In this document: positions 23,301-36,500 of the stretch, piece by piece
Numbering within the stretch: the stretch's first letter is position 1
How the letters are laid out: each line of letters opens with the position of its first letter
DNA from: Camelus ferus
Lineage: Eukaryota
Direction: 5' to 3'
DNA length: 64,000 nt
Assembly (NCBI RefSeq): GCF_009834535.1
Contig: NC_045696.1
Location: forward strand, 62,001 to 126,000
Notes under the pieces: model-generated
Seen by the model: only the letters and a program-made list of their open reading frames with translations
The model's database searches: none
Told to the model about the DNA's origin: nothing
Program-made: the position numbers and the translations under genes

Positions 23301-24437
23301 CCTAAATGTCCTTTATCCATTCATTAGTTGATGGACACTTAGGTTGCTTTTATATCTTCGCAATTGTAAATAATGCTTCCAGAACACTAGCATGCATGTA
23401 TAATTTCAAGTTACTATTTAAGTTTCTTCAGATATATATATGCCCAGGAATGGAATTGCTGGGTCACATGGAAGTTTAATTTTCAGTTTTTTGAGAAAAC
23501 TTCATACTGTTTTTCACAATGGCACCACCAATTTACATTACCATCAACAGTGCAGAAGTTTCCCCTCATCTTCCCACCCTCATTAACATTTTTTATTTTT
23601 GTCCTTTTTGATGATAGGGATTCCAACAGATGTGAGGTTTATCTTATTGTGGTTCAAATATACATTGCCCTGATGACTAGAAATGCCAAGCAAAGTTTCA
23701 CTTGGTTGTGAAGTGAAACCTTCTCCACTTCCTCTTTGTAAAAATGTCTACTTAATTCTTTTGCCTAATTTTTAATTAGTTTTTCTTTTCTTTTTTTAAT
23801 GCTGAGATATATGGTGGTTTATACATGCTGGGAATTAATATCATATTGGCATTTTATTTGCAAATATTTTGTCGAATTCAGTGGATGTGTTTTTGTTTTA
23901 TGGATGGCTTCCTTTGCTGTGCAGTTATTAATTAGGTCACATTTGCTTACTTTTACTTTTATTTCCTTTACTTAATAGGGAGCTTCAAAAATATTGCTTT
24001 AATTTATGTCAAAAAAATTGTTCTGCCTACATTTTGCTCTAGGTGTTTCACACTATTCCATCATATACTGAAGTCTTTAAACCATTTGGAGCTTAATTTG
24101 TATATGGTGTCAGAGAGTGTTCTAATTTCATTCTTTTACATGTATTTGTTTAATTTTCCCAACACTCCTTACTGAGAGATTGTCTTCTCTTCTGGTGTAT
24201 TCTTGTCTCTTTGTCATAGATTAATTGACAATAACTGTATGAGTTTACTTTTGGGCTTTCTTCCCTGTTCCATTGGTCTATGTATCTTTTATTGTGTCAG
24301 TATCATACTACTTTAATTATTGTAGATTTGCAGTATTACTATATTAAAGGAGTGAGATTTCTCCAGCTCTGTTCTTTCTCAAGATTGTTTTGGATATTCT
24401 GAGTTGTTGTAATTACATAAAATTGAAAATTATTGTT
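22869..24437 (-). mobile_element. Second LINE-1 (3' UTR and ORF2 3' part), antisense, cut by the gap
   Basis: TTTTTAGATTCCACATATAA, GTTGATGGACACTTAGGTTGCTT, GGAATTGCTGGGTCACATGG, CTTCCTTTGCTGTGCAG, CTCCAGCTCTGTTCTTTCTCAAGATTG. Confidence 0.88.
23240..23298 (+). repeat. (TATC)n tetranucleotide microsatellite within L1
   Basis: Directly visible. Confidence 0.95.
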
Positions 24438-24537
24438 NNNNNNNNNNNNNNNNNNNNNNNNNNNNNNNNNNNNNNNNNNNNNNNNNNNNNNNNNNNNNNN
24501 NNNNNNNNNNNNNNNNNNNNNNNNNNNNNNNNNNNNN
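24438..24537. other. Assembly gap, 100 N (typical placeholder for unknown size)
   Basis: Exactly 100 N. Confidence 0.99.
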
Positions 24538-27500
24538 TTCTGTGCTCTACCAAAATCTAGGATGATGTCAACTCACCCAACACATATTGATTCCCAAGAG
24601 TGAAGATCATGAAACATATGGAACACCTGGCGTCCTACCTAGGAGACAGCCTAACAGGAATGTTTATCTCAACATAAATTCATGCCAGGTAGAAATCATT
24701 TCAAGATGGCTGAAATTGCAGAAGGAAATTCAGGTTGCAGTGAAAACTTATGGAACATGAAAACAGGCTCAGATGCCAAAGAAAAACAGCCTCAATTTTG
24801 AAAACTGGCAGAAGAATAAAAACCCAAACATGTGCTCACAGGTTTCCAAGACTGGGTACAGCTAACACAATGTGCTTCATTCTGACCAAGTAGCATTTTC
24901 TGCATATGGAAATTTGCTTGATCAAGATGTTCAGTGTGAGGGAATTTTGGAATTCATAGGGGGTTAAGTTTCAAGACCTCACTCAGTTCTTAGAAATAGG
25001 ATGGGCACTCAATCCCACCACATGCATGATCCCATCAGAGCAGAAAGGTTTCCCACACACTCTTTCCTCTAGTGACAACTACAAGATGCATTGCACAACC
25101 CCTCAGTTTCAAGAGATATTCTGTTGACAAAGTTTCAGAGATTGCATGTAACTTTCCTAAATAAAGTAAAAGAAGAGATGAAGGGGGAAGACTTAATGTG
25201 ATTGTGTGAAAAGGCTTATCACAACATGGATTTTTGTTTGTTTCCCCAACACAAATATTTCCTTAGCCCGACAACACAGATGAAGTTAATTTTTTCAATC
25301 TCATTTTATTCCCAATATGTGTCACCTGGGAACGTTATGGCTGATCAGACGGAAATTAGAAGACCCGTTCAAACAATCCTCTTTCCATTTTGCTTACTAT
25401 GCTTCATAACAGCTGGGTCTTCTGAGTGGCTGTTTGTGTTTCTAAGATGAGTTGTGGCAAGGCCTTTAGGACAGGAAGTCAGGTCACTTAGCGATACTGT
25501 GGAAACTCAGGGCTCCCCTGAGTCATGCAAATTATCTCCACTTTTTCCATTTGGTTCCAAGAGTGCAATGATTGTCTAAGATTTGGCACAAGAAGCTGGG
25601 TAGGGAGAGATATTGTCCCACATCTATCATCTCTCATGGCATGCTGTCCCGGAATATTTTCAAGCTGGGTTCAATTTGATGTCTAGGACAGAGTTGAGAA
25701 AAATTGTTTCAGAACCCATACATAGGCTTCTTTCCAAGTCAGAGAAACCATTTTCCCCCATGATGGCATAAGGAAGAATTCATCCTTACCAGTTTAATTT
25801 CCATAAGGGAACAGGTTGAAAGATTCCATGCATGTAAGCCAAGAGTCACAGATGTTTTCCAGCAAATGGATTTCCACAGTTTTCTTCACTTTTGAAAAGA
25901 CATTTCAAAATCTGAGAAAACGGTGATTCCATTTGCAGTAGGGGCCAATGATTAGTGGAACAATGAAATAGACACAGGTTCTCAAATACCTAAATAATGT
26001 CTTGCAAAGAAGTAGATAGGGTGAATTATCATCAATCATGTCTTCTACACAATTCAGAATTGTTACAGTTTATAATGAACAGAAGCACGACTCGGTTAGG
26101 AGAGAGTACTCTAAGCTGTCTTCTTTTGTGCTATTCTACCTAAACAAAGTTCATGAGAGCTGAAGTAAATTATCTGATTTTGATGAATAACAGGGACCTA
26201 TAAGAATATGCAGAAAGGCTCACTTCTGTCCCTGATAATTAATGTGTCCCTGAAGAGACAGTGCCGTGAAAATGGGCCAACATCATGTTCCTTACAAACA
26301 GGGATGTTTTTCAAACCAAAATTCACCTAAACTAACTGCTGAAGAGGGATTCTTGGCACCAATAATTCAGCATTTCTAATAGCTATACAAAGAGCTGCTT
26401 TTGGCTGAGCTGAAATAGGGTCCTTAATATCACCTACTGAGAAGTACATTCATAACACTCAGGGAACCTCAGGCAAAACATGGAATGACTGCTTTTATCA
26501 TCAATTCCCTTCTCTTCCCAAAAGAACCATATTTTGAACATTTGTGTGCTGCTGATATGAACTTAAGATGACTTTCTAAAGACCATTCTTTGCACCTTTC
26601 CTTGGATTCTCTCAGTGGACATTGAAGATCATGGAAAAGCTGCTGTACTAAAGATGATCTTGAGTAGCAAGCCCCTCAGAATACCGATGGGCCATTCTTC
26701 CTCTTAGGCTAAACTCTGCGATTCCAATGTATGGGATAAAGTCAACTTCAGCTCCCCCCAAATGTATCCAGATTTACAAGTTTTTAAATCTTGAGGCATA
26801 CAGAGCGTCCTATCTAGGAGGTATTTTACCATGATTCTTGATCTTGCGGTCAACTTATGCTAATAAGAATGCTTACGAAGATGGCTGAAGTTGAGGAATG
26901 AAACGCAGGTAGCAGTGAAATATTTCAGAACATGGTGATAGGCTCGTTTGTTAAAGAGAGAATCCACATATACAAAAAGTGGAAGAAGACGGAAAACTTC
27001 CTCTTGTTTTTCAGCCTAATATGGGCAAAGAAGGGCTGTGGGAAATTCCCTTCTTGTGAAGTAGTGGCAAAAGTAAGACTGGGTTCATCTGACATGAAGT
27101 ACTTCCTCCTGGCCAAATAGTCCTCTCAGCAGGGGAAAATTGCTCTATCAACACACTCAGTGAGGTAAACATTGAGATTTCACTGGGTGTTTGAATGCCC
27201 AGTCCCAATCACAAGTAAGACATATGTTAGTTTCTGAATCACTCATACTTGGAGATCCCAACAAGGTAGAAGGAAATTTCTCACACACAATCTTTTCTCA
27301 AGTGACCTAAACCAGCAAGATCCATTGTACAGCATCTTTTCCTCAGGAGATATCCTGCCAGGCAAATTTTCCCACTTAGCTGGTAATTGCCTAAAGGCAC
27401 CCAAAGCAGAGGTGAAGTGAGCTAACTTATTGTGAAAGTGTGAGAAGGCCTATCAGAGCTCATAGTGAAACTTGATTCCCAACAACACAAACACTCCATT

Positions 27501-30500
27501 ATCACAACAGCACAGATGAGGAATTTTTTCTGCCCTCATTATACTCCCAGTATGAGTCAAGTGCCAAATTTTGGTGGATGTGATCTAAAATACAAGGCCC
27601 ATTCAAACAATCTTCTTTGCACCTTCATTCGGATGCTTCCAGTAAGCAATGTCAAGTGTTGGTCTGTTGTTGTCCCAAAGAGGAGCTGGGGCCAAGGTTG
27701 CTGAAGGCAAGAGCATAGAATAATTGGGAAGTTATAATTGCAACTCAGTGCTCATGACAAGTCCCATGTAGTTTCTGCACATTTTCCACTCATTCCCAGG
27801 GTTGGATGATTGCCTAAGATTTGGAAAAATATGCTGTGTAGGAAGAGATATTCTCCCAATTCTGCCACCATTGTTGCAATGCTCTCAAGGAACTCTATCA
27901 GACTGGGTTCAATTTGATATCTCAAGACCATGTTCAGAGAAACTGTTTCAGAACTGAGGCAAAGGCTTGTTTCCCATTCACAAAAAACCATTTTCCTCCA
28001 AAAGGCACAAGACAGAATTCATTCCTTACCCATTTCATTTCGAGCAAATAACCTGTTGGAAAGTCCCATGCATGCAGATGGAGGGAGTAGAGACTCTCCT
28101 ACAAATGAAATACCGCATTCTCCCTCTGTTTCATAAAGGTTGTTCAACATAAGAGAAAACTGTGATTCCTTGTGGAATACAAGCCAAGACCAAATGGGAC
28201 AAGGACACACAGCCATTTCACAACTCCCAGAATTCTCTGACTTGCAAATTAGATGATGGAGAGAATTTCCTTCAAAAATGCCTTATCCCTAATTGATATT
28301 GAACCGAAGCACTCATTTAGGGGTTATTTCCTTTCAATCTATTTTCTTTCTTCCTATTCTTCCTACAGAAATCTTCATAAGAGCTGAAGAAAATTGTCTA
28401 CTTTGGATGATGAACAGAGGCCTTTTGGAATGTGCAAATGGACTCACTTCTGTCCTTGAAAATTAATGTGTCCCAATCAAGGCAGTGAAATGAAAACTGG
28501 CCCACTTCGTACTCCTCCAAATAGGGAAGTTTCAGAAAGTGAATATCATGTGAACTAATGCTGAAGAGGATTTCTCTGCATGAAAATTTCAGAATTCCTC
28601 ATAGATTTCAAAATAGCTGCTATTGGCTCTGCTGAAATGAGGTATTTTGATGTCACTTCACCAGATAACACTTCACAACTTGGAGGGATAGCTCTGGCCA
28701 AACATGAAAATCCCTGCTTTTGCAATCAATTCCCTAGAAGAGAGTATACCACGGCCTTCTATTCCTGAAGTGCAAAACGGGGCGAGCATTTGCTGGAGGA
28801 GAAAATGAATTGCAAGAAGATTGCAAGCAGTATACTTTGCTTCTTCACTTCAATGCCCTATGTGGACATGGCCAGATCTGGAGAAGCTGGGGTAAAGAGG
28901 CCAAACTTGTGAAAAGGCCTTCCCACATATGCACAGACAGTTCTTGCCAGAGTGCTGTGCTCTACTGAAATCTTGGATCATGTCAACTCTCATAACCACA
29001 TATAGATTCCCAAGTGTGAAAGATCGTAAAACGTACCCTACCTAGGAGGCATTCTAATAAGAAATTTTGTCTCACCATAATTTCATGCCAGTTAGAATGC
29101 ATTTCATGATGGCTGAAGTTGTGTAGGGAACTCAGGTTGCAGTGAAAATTCATGGAGTATGTAGACAGGCTTGTACACTAAAAAGAGAATCCTGACATTT
29201 GGAAAATGGCAGAAGACCGACACCCCCAACATGTGCTCAACGGTTTCCAAAACTAGGTGCAGATAACACAATGTGCTTCATTCTTTCCAAGTAGTCCTTT
29301 AAACATGTGGAAATTTCTTGATTGAGACTTTCAGTGGGGGGAAATTGGAGAATTCACAGTGGGTTTTAATGCATGGCCTCACTCACAAGCTAGATATAGG
29401 ATGGTTCTTCAATCTTACCACTTACATAATCCCAACAAGGCAGAAGGAGGTTTCATACATACACTATTTTTCTAGTGACAAGTACCTAAAAGCTGCATTT
29501 CACAGCCCCTCATTTTCAAGAGACATTGTCTCAACAAATTTTCCAAATTAGAAGGTGACAATCCTAACAGCACACAAATAGGAGATGAAGGGAATGGATT
29601 CAATGTGAGTGTGTGAGAAAGCCTATCAGAACTTGGATATTGGATGTCTTTCCCAACACAAAAATTCTCTTATTCCTACAATTCAGAAGAAGGAAAATTT
29701 TTCACATTCAATGAATTCCCAAGATGTGTCACCTATGAAAATTAGGGTTCTTTTTATGGAAATTAGAAAACCCATTCAAACAATCCTCTTTCCAGCTTTC
29801 TTAGAATGGTTTGTAACAGCTAGGTCTGCTGAGGGGATGTTAGTGTTTCTATGATAATTTTGGGCCAAGGACATTCAGGACAGGCAAACAGGCTACTTAG
29901 GGAAACTGTGGAAACTCAGTGCTTCCTTGAACCTGTGATGATTCTTCACCTATTAGGTTCCATTCCTAGAGTCGGATGATTGTCTAAGATTCGGCACATG
30001 AAGCTGCATAGGGACAGAACTTCTCCCAATTATATCACTTCTCTTGGCATGTTGTTCAGGAAAATTTTCAAGCTGGGTCCTATTTGACATCTCAAGATAA
30101 AGTTGAGAGAAATTATTTCAGAAACGGGATATAGGTTTCTTTCCATATCACAGAAACCATTTCTCCCCATGTCAGCACAAGGTAGAAATCATCCTTACCA
30201 GTTTAATTTCCATAAGGGAACATGTTGTAAGATTCCATTCATGTAAACAAAGGTCACAAACACATTCCTGCAAATGGCATGCCACAGTGTTACTCACTTT
30301 TGTAAAAAGAGTTCAACATTTGTGAGTACCATGATTCCTATACCATTTGGGGACAAGCTTTTGAAGAACACTGAAATAGAGACGTTTTCCAAATGCCTAA
30401 ATACTGTGTCTTGCTAGGAAATGATGGGGCGAGTTTTCTTCAAATGTGAGATCTCAAAAATTGAGGATCATTACAGGATATATTGAACAGAAGCAAGAAT

Positions 30501-33500
30501 CATTCAGGAGAGAGTACCCCCAAAGCTATCTTCTTTTGTGCTATTCTTCCTACAGAAAACTTCATGAGAGCTGAAGTAAATTATCTGAGTTTGAAGAAAT
30601 TGAGATATATGAGAATGTGCAGATGGGCTGATTCCTGTCTCTGTAATAAAAGTTTCCCCAAAAACACAGAGCAGTGAAAATAAGCTAATGTCATATTCCT
30701 CCAAATAAGGGATGTTTCTGAAGAAGAATTTTCACAAAAGATACCCTGAAGAGGGTATAATGCACCAATAAAACAGCTTACATAATAGCTGACTTTGGCT
30801 GAGATGCAATACACTACTTAATGTCACCTTCCCAGATGTACCTTCATAACATGCAGGGAAACCCATGCCAAACATGGAAATCCCAGTTCTTATCTACAAT
30901 TCCAAATAAGGGATTATACTATCTCCCTTCTGTTCCCTTAAAGAAATATATGAGATGCATTTGTTTGCAGATGATAGGACTAAAGTTGAATTTGTAAAGA
31001 GCATCCTTTGCAAATTTCCTTTGATTCACTCTATAAAATGTGAAGATAAAGGAGTAGCAGATGTAGTAAGAATGAACTTGAACAGAAACCTATGAGATTA
31101 CGGATGGACTGTTCTCTCTATTAGGCAATACCCTGCACTTAAAAAATTCTGGGATAAAGTCAGCTTAACATCACCCAAGTGTATCCAAGATTTGCAAAAT
31201 TTTAAAATCTGAGAGGCACAGAGTCTCCTAGCTACAGGAGTTTTCACAGGAATCTTGAACTCGCCATCAAATGACACTAATGAGAATGAATTCAGAAAAT
31301 GCTGAAGTGGATGAAAGAAAGGCAGGATGCAGTATTTTCTTACAGAACATGGTTATAGGATCATGTGCAAAATGAAGAAGACAAATATTCAAAAAGTGGC
31401 AGAAGACTGAAAACTTCCTCAATTGTTTGAACCTGTGATGGGAAAAGAAGGGTTGTGGGATATTAACAACTTCAGAATTAGTGGGAAAATAAAGACTGGG
31501 TTCATCTAACACGAATTGCTTTCTTCTGTCCACGTAGTCCTTTCAGCAAGTGGACGTTTGCTTGATTGACACGTTCTGTGAGGTGAACATTGAGATTATA
31601 CTGGGGGTTTGAATGCACGAACTCTATCTCAAGTAAGACATAGGAATTTTACTCCATGCCTCAAACGTTGGTGATTCGACAAAGGCAGAAGGAATTTTCC
31701 AACACAATCTTTACTGCAGTAACTAAAACAAAAAAGATGCATTGCACAGCAACTCTTCCTTTAGAGACACAGTGTCAGCAATGTTTCTAGCTTCATGGGA
31801 AAATGCCTAAATTCAACTGAAGCAGAGATGAAGTGAGATATCTCACTTTGAGTGTGTGAGAAAGCCAAACACAACTCGTAGATATGCTTGCTTCCCAACA
31901 ACAAAAAAACTTTATCATGACAGCACAGGTCAGGGATATTTTCCATATTCATGGTATTCCTAACATGTGTAAAGTGTCAAGGTTTGGGTTGATGTGAGCA
32001 GAATTACAACACCCATTCAAATAATCTTCTTTGCCCCTTCATTTGAATGCTTCAAGTTAGCAGTGTCAAGTGAGGGTCTGTTGCTGATCCAAGGAGGAGT
32101 GGGTGCCCAGGTTGTTCAGAAGAGGAACATAGAATAATTTTATATAACATGGAAATAATTGCTCACAAAGTGTCCACAATTTTGCTGAACATTATCGCAT
32201 TGATTCACAGGATACAATGAATACTAAGATTTGGAACAATAAGCTGGGTAGGAAGAGATCTTCTCCCACTTCTGCTACCATTGTTGTCATGCTCTCCAGG
32301 AACTGTTTCAAACTGGGTTCAATTTGACATCTCAAGTTCAGGTTGAGAGAAACAGTTTCAGAACCGAGACATAGGATTCTTTCCAATTCACAGTAACCCA
32401 TTTTTCCCAGAACGGCACAAGACTGAAATCACGCATGCCCATTTCATTTCATAGATCGAACATGCTGGAAGTTCCCGTGCATGGAGCTAAATATCATAGA
32501 CACAATCCTACAAATGGTTTTCCGCATTCACTCTCTCTTTCATAGAGTTAGTTCCACATAAGCGAAAAACTGCGATTCCATTTGAAATAGGAGCCAAGTC
32601 CTTGTGCAACACTGTCACTAGCCGTTTCCCGACTGCCAAACTTTCCTTACTTGCAAACCAATCGTCAATGTGAATTTCCTTCAAACATGTCTTATCCAAA
32701 ATTGAGAATTGTTAAAGCATACATTGAAGAAAAGCACTCACTTAGGAGAGCTTAACCTACAAGCTGTCTTATTCCTTAGTATTCTTCCTACAGAAATCTT
32801 CATAACGGGTGAAGTAAAATATCTACATTGGATGATGAATGTATGCTTCTGAATGTGCAAATGTGCTCGCTCCCATCCTTGAAAACCAATGTGTCCCCAA
32901 AAATGAAGCGCAATGAAAACTGGCCCATGTCGTGTTCCTCCAAATAGCGAAGTTACAGAAGATGAATTTCACATGAACTAATGCTGAAAAATGTTTCTCT
33001 GCACAAAACACTCAGCATTAATGTTAGATTTTGAATGATTTGCTGTTGACTCAGGTTGGATGAGGTGTCTTAATGTCACTTTGCCAGATGTACCTTCAAA
33101 ATATGGAGGGACAGCTCAGGCCAAACATGAAAATCCCAGATTTTGCCATCAATTCCCAAGAAGACAGTATCTCTCAGCTTTTCTGTTCCCAAAATGAAAC
33201 ACAGGGCAACCATTTGTAACAAATGGACAAAAATTGCAAGGGGAATCTATCCTGTTCTTGGCTTCTTACCTTGGATGCCTTCTGTAGACATTGCAAGATC
33301 CAGAGAAGCTGGGGTACTGAGGCCAAACTAGTGAAATGGCAGTTCCAATTACACATGGGAAGTAATTTAGTGTGCTGTGCTCTACCAAAATCTTGGATCA
33401 GGTCAGCTCACACAACCGCAGATTGATCCCAGGAATGAAAGGTTCATAAACGTGAGGAACACTGGGCGACTTACCTAGGAGATAGTCTCACAAGAATCTT

Positions 33501-36500
33501 TGTCTCACCATAACTTCATGATAGCTAAAATGCTTTTCAAGATGACTGAAGATGAGGAAGAATGGCAGGATGCAGTGAAATCTTATGGAACATGAAGACA
33601 GGCTCGTATGCCAAAGATGAATGCCTCACATTTTAAAATTGCCAGAAGACTGAAAAATTCCTCATTTTCATAGTTCCAAGATGGGAACAGATTCCAAGAT
33701 GGTGAAGTTAACTCAATATGCTTCATACTGTCCACGTAGTCCTTCCAGCATGTTAAATTATCCTAGATCGAAATATTCAGTTGGGGGAACTTGGAGAAAT
33801 CACAGTGAGTTTAATTGCATGGCCTCACTCACAAGCTAGATATAGGCTGGGTCCTCAATTGCACCACTTACATAATCCCAACAAGGCAGAAGGAGTTTTT
33901 CACAATATATGTTTTGTCTAGTGACAAAAACCTAAAAGCTGCATTTCACAGCCCCTCATTTTCAAGAGATATTGTGTCAACAAATTTTCCAAATTGCAGG
34001 TGGCATTCCTAATGGCACAAAACTCTTGTATGAATGGAATGGACTCAATGTGAGTGTGTGAGAAAGCCTATCAGAACTTGGATTGTGGATGGCTTCCCCA
34101 ACACCAAAATTCTCTTATTCTTACAATGCAGAAAGAGAAGATTTTTTCACATTCATTGTACTCCCAAGATGCATCACCTATGAACGTTAGGGTTGATCTT
34201 ATGGAAATTAGAAATCCCTTCAAACAATCCTCTTTCCACCTTGCTTAGAGTGGTTTGTAAAAGATGGGTCTGCTGATGGGCTGTTAGTGTGACTATGATG
34301 AGTTTTGGCCAAGGACCTTCAGGACAGGAACACAGTCTACTTACAGAAACGGAGGAAACCCATGGCTCCCTTAAACCTTCGATGTTATTTCACATTTTCC
34401 ATTCCATTCCTACAATGGAATGATTGTCTAAGATTCGGCACCAGAAGCTGCATAGGGAGAAATCATCTCACAAGTATATCACTTCACTTGGCATGCTGAT
34501 CGGGAACATTTTTAATCTGGGTTCAATTTGGTATCTTGAGACAAATTTGAGAGAAATTATTTCAGAACCTGTATATAGGTCTCTTTCCAAATCAAGGAAA
34601 CCATTTTCTCCCCATGATGACACAAGTCAAAAATTATCCTTACACGTTTTATTCCCTTAAGGGAACATGTTGCAAGACTCTTTGCATGTAGACCAGGGTC
34701 ACAAACACATTCCTGAAAATGGCTTGCCACAGTGTATCTCAATTATGTTTAGACAGTTCAACATTTGAGAAAACTGTGATTCCTAATGCATTAGGGGACA
34801 AGGTTTTGTGGAACACTGAAATAGATGCATTTTTCAAATGCATAAATACTCTGTCTTGCTAGGAAGTGATGGAGTGAATTTTTTTCAAACATGAGTTCTT
34901 GGAAATTGAGGATCGTTACAGGATATATTGAACCGTAGTACAAAATTACCAGGAGAGAGTACCCTCAAAGCTGTCTTCTTTTGTGCTATTTTTCCTACAG
35001 AAATTTCATGAAAGCTGAAGTAAATTATGTGAGTTCAAAGAAGAATTGAGGCCTATGAGAATGTGCAGATTGGCTACTTCCATCCTTGTAAATCAGTGTG
35101 TCCTGAAAAATGCAGTGCAGTGAAAACTGGCCCAAGTCATATTCCTCCAAATAGGGACATTTCTGAAGGAGAATTTTGCCTAAGGATCCGCTGAACAGAG
35201 TTTATTGCACCAATAAAACAGCATTCCTAATAGCTTTCCTATGAGTTACTTTTGGGTGAACTTAAATGCACTACTTAATGTCACCTTCCCAGATGTACCT
35301 TCATAACATACAGGGAACCTCATGTCAAACATGGAAACCCCGGTTATTATCATCAATTCCCTGTTAGGGATTTTCCCAAGTCCCTTCTGTTCTCCTAAAG
35401 AACCAATTCAGAAATATTTGTGTGCAGATGATATGGATAAAGATGACTTTCTAAAGAGCATCTTTTGCATATTTCCTTAGATTCAGCCTGTGGAATGTGA
35501 AGATCAAGGAGAAGCTGATGTAGTAAAGATGAACTTCAACAGAAACCTCTCAGATTTTGGATGGACAGTCTTCTCCTTTCAACAAAACACTGAACTTCCA
35601 AATTCTGGGGAAAATTCAACATAAACTCTCCTCAATTTAATCCCAGATTTGCAAGATTTTAAAATCTGAGGGGCATACAGGCTCCTATCTACAAGTTGTT
35701 TTCACATGAATCTTGATCTCACCATCAACTGACAGTAACTGGAATGCATTCAAAAAATGCTGAAGTTGAGGAAGTAAAGGCAGGTTGCATTGAATTCTTA
35801 AGAACAAGGTGATAGGAGCATGTGCCAAATGGAGAAGCCACATATTCGAAAAGTGGACAAGACTGAAAACTTCCTCAATTGTTTGAACCTGAGGTGAGAA
35901 AAGAAGGGCTTTGAGATATGAACTACTTTGGAATTAGTGGCAAAAGAAAGACTGGGTGCATCTAACATGAAGTGCTTTCTCCTATCCACATAGTCCTTAC
36001 AGCAAGTGGACTTCTGCTCGATCGAAACGTTCTGTGAGGTGAACATTGAGATTACGCTGGGGGTTTCAATGCACGGTCTCTATCTCAAATAAGACATAGG
36101 AAATTTTCTCAATGCCTCAAAATTGGTGATTCAAGTAAGGCAGAAGGGAGTATTCCAAACAATCTTTCCTGCAGTGACTAAAACCAACAAGATGCATTTC
36201 ACAGCACCTCTTCCTTTAGAGACACTCTGTCCACAATGCTTCCAACTTCGTGGGAAATTGCCTAAATTCAGCTGAAGCAGAGATGAAGTGAGCTATCTCG
36301 ATGTGAGTGTGTGAGAAAACCGATCACTACTCGTAGATATGCTTGCTTTCCAAAACAAAAAACGTCCTTTATTCATGACAGCACAGGTGAGGTATATTTT
36401 CCACACACCTTATGTTCCCAATATGTGTAAAGTGTCAAGGTTTGGGTTGATGTGAGTGGAATTACAACACCCATTCAAATAATCTTTGCTCCTTCATTTG

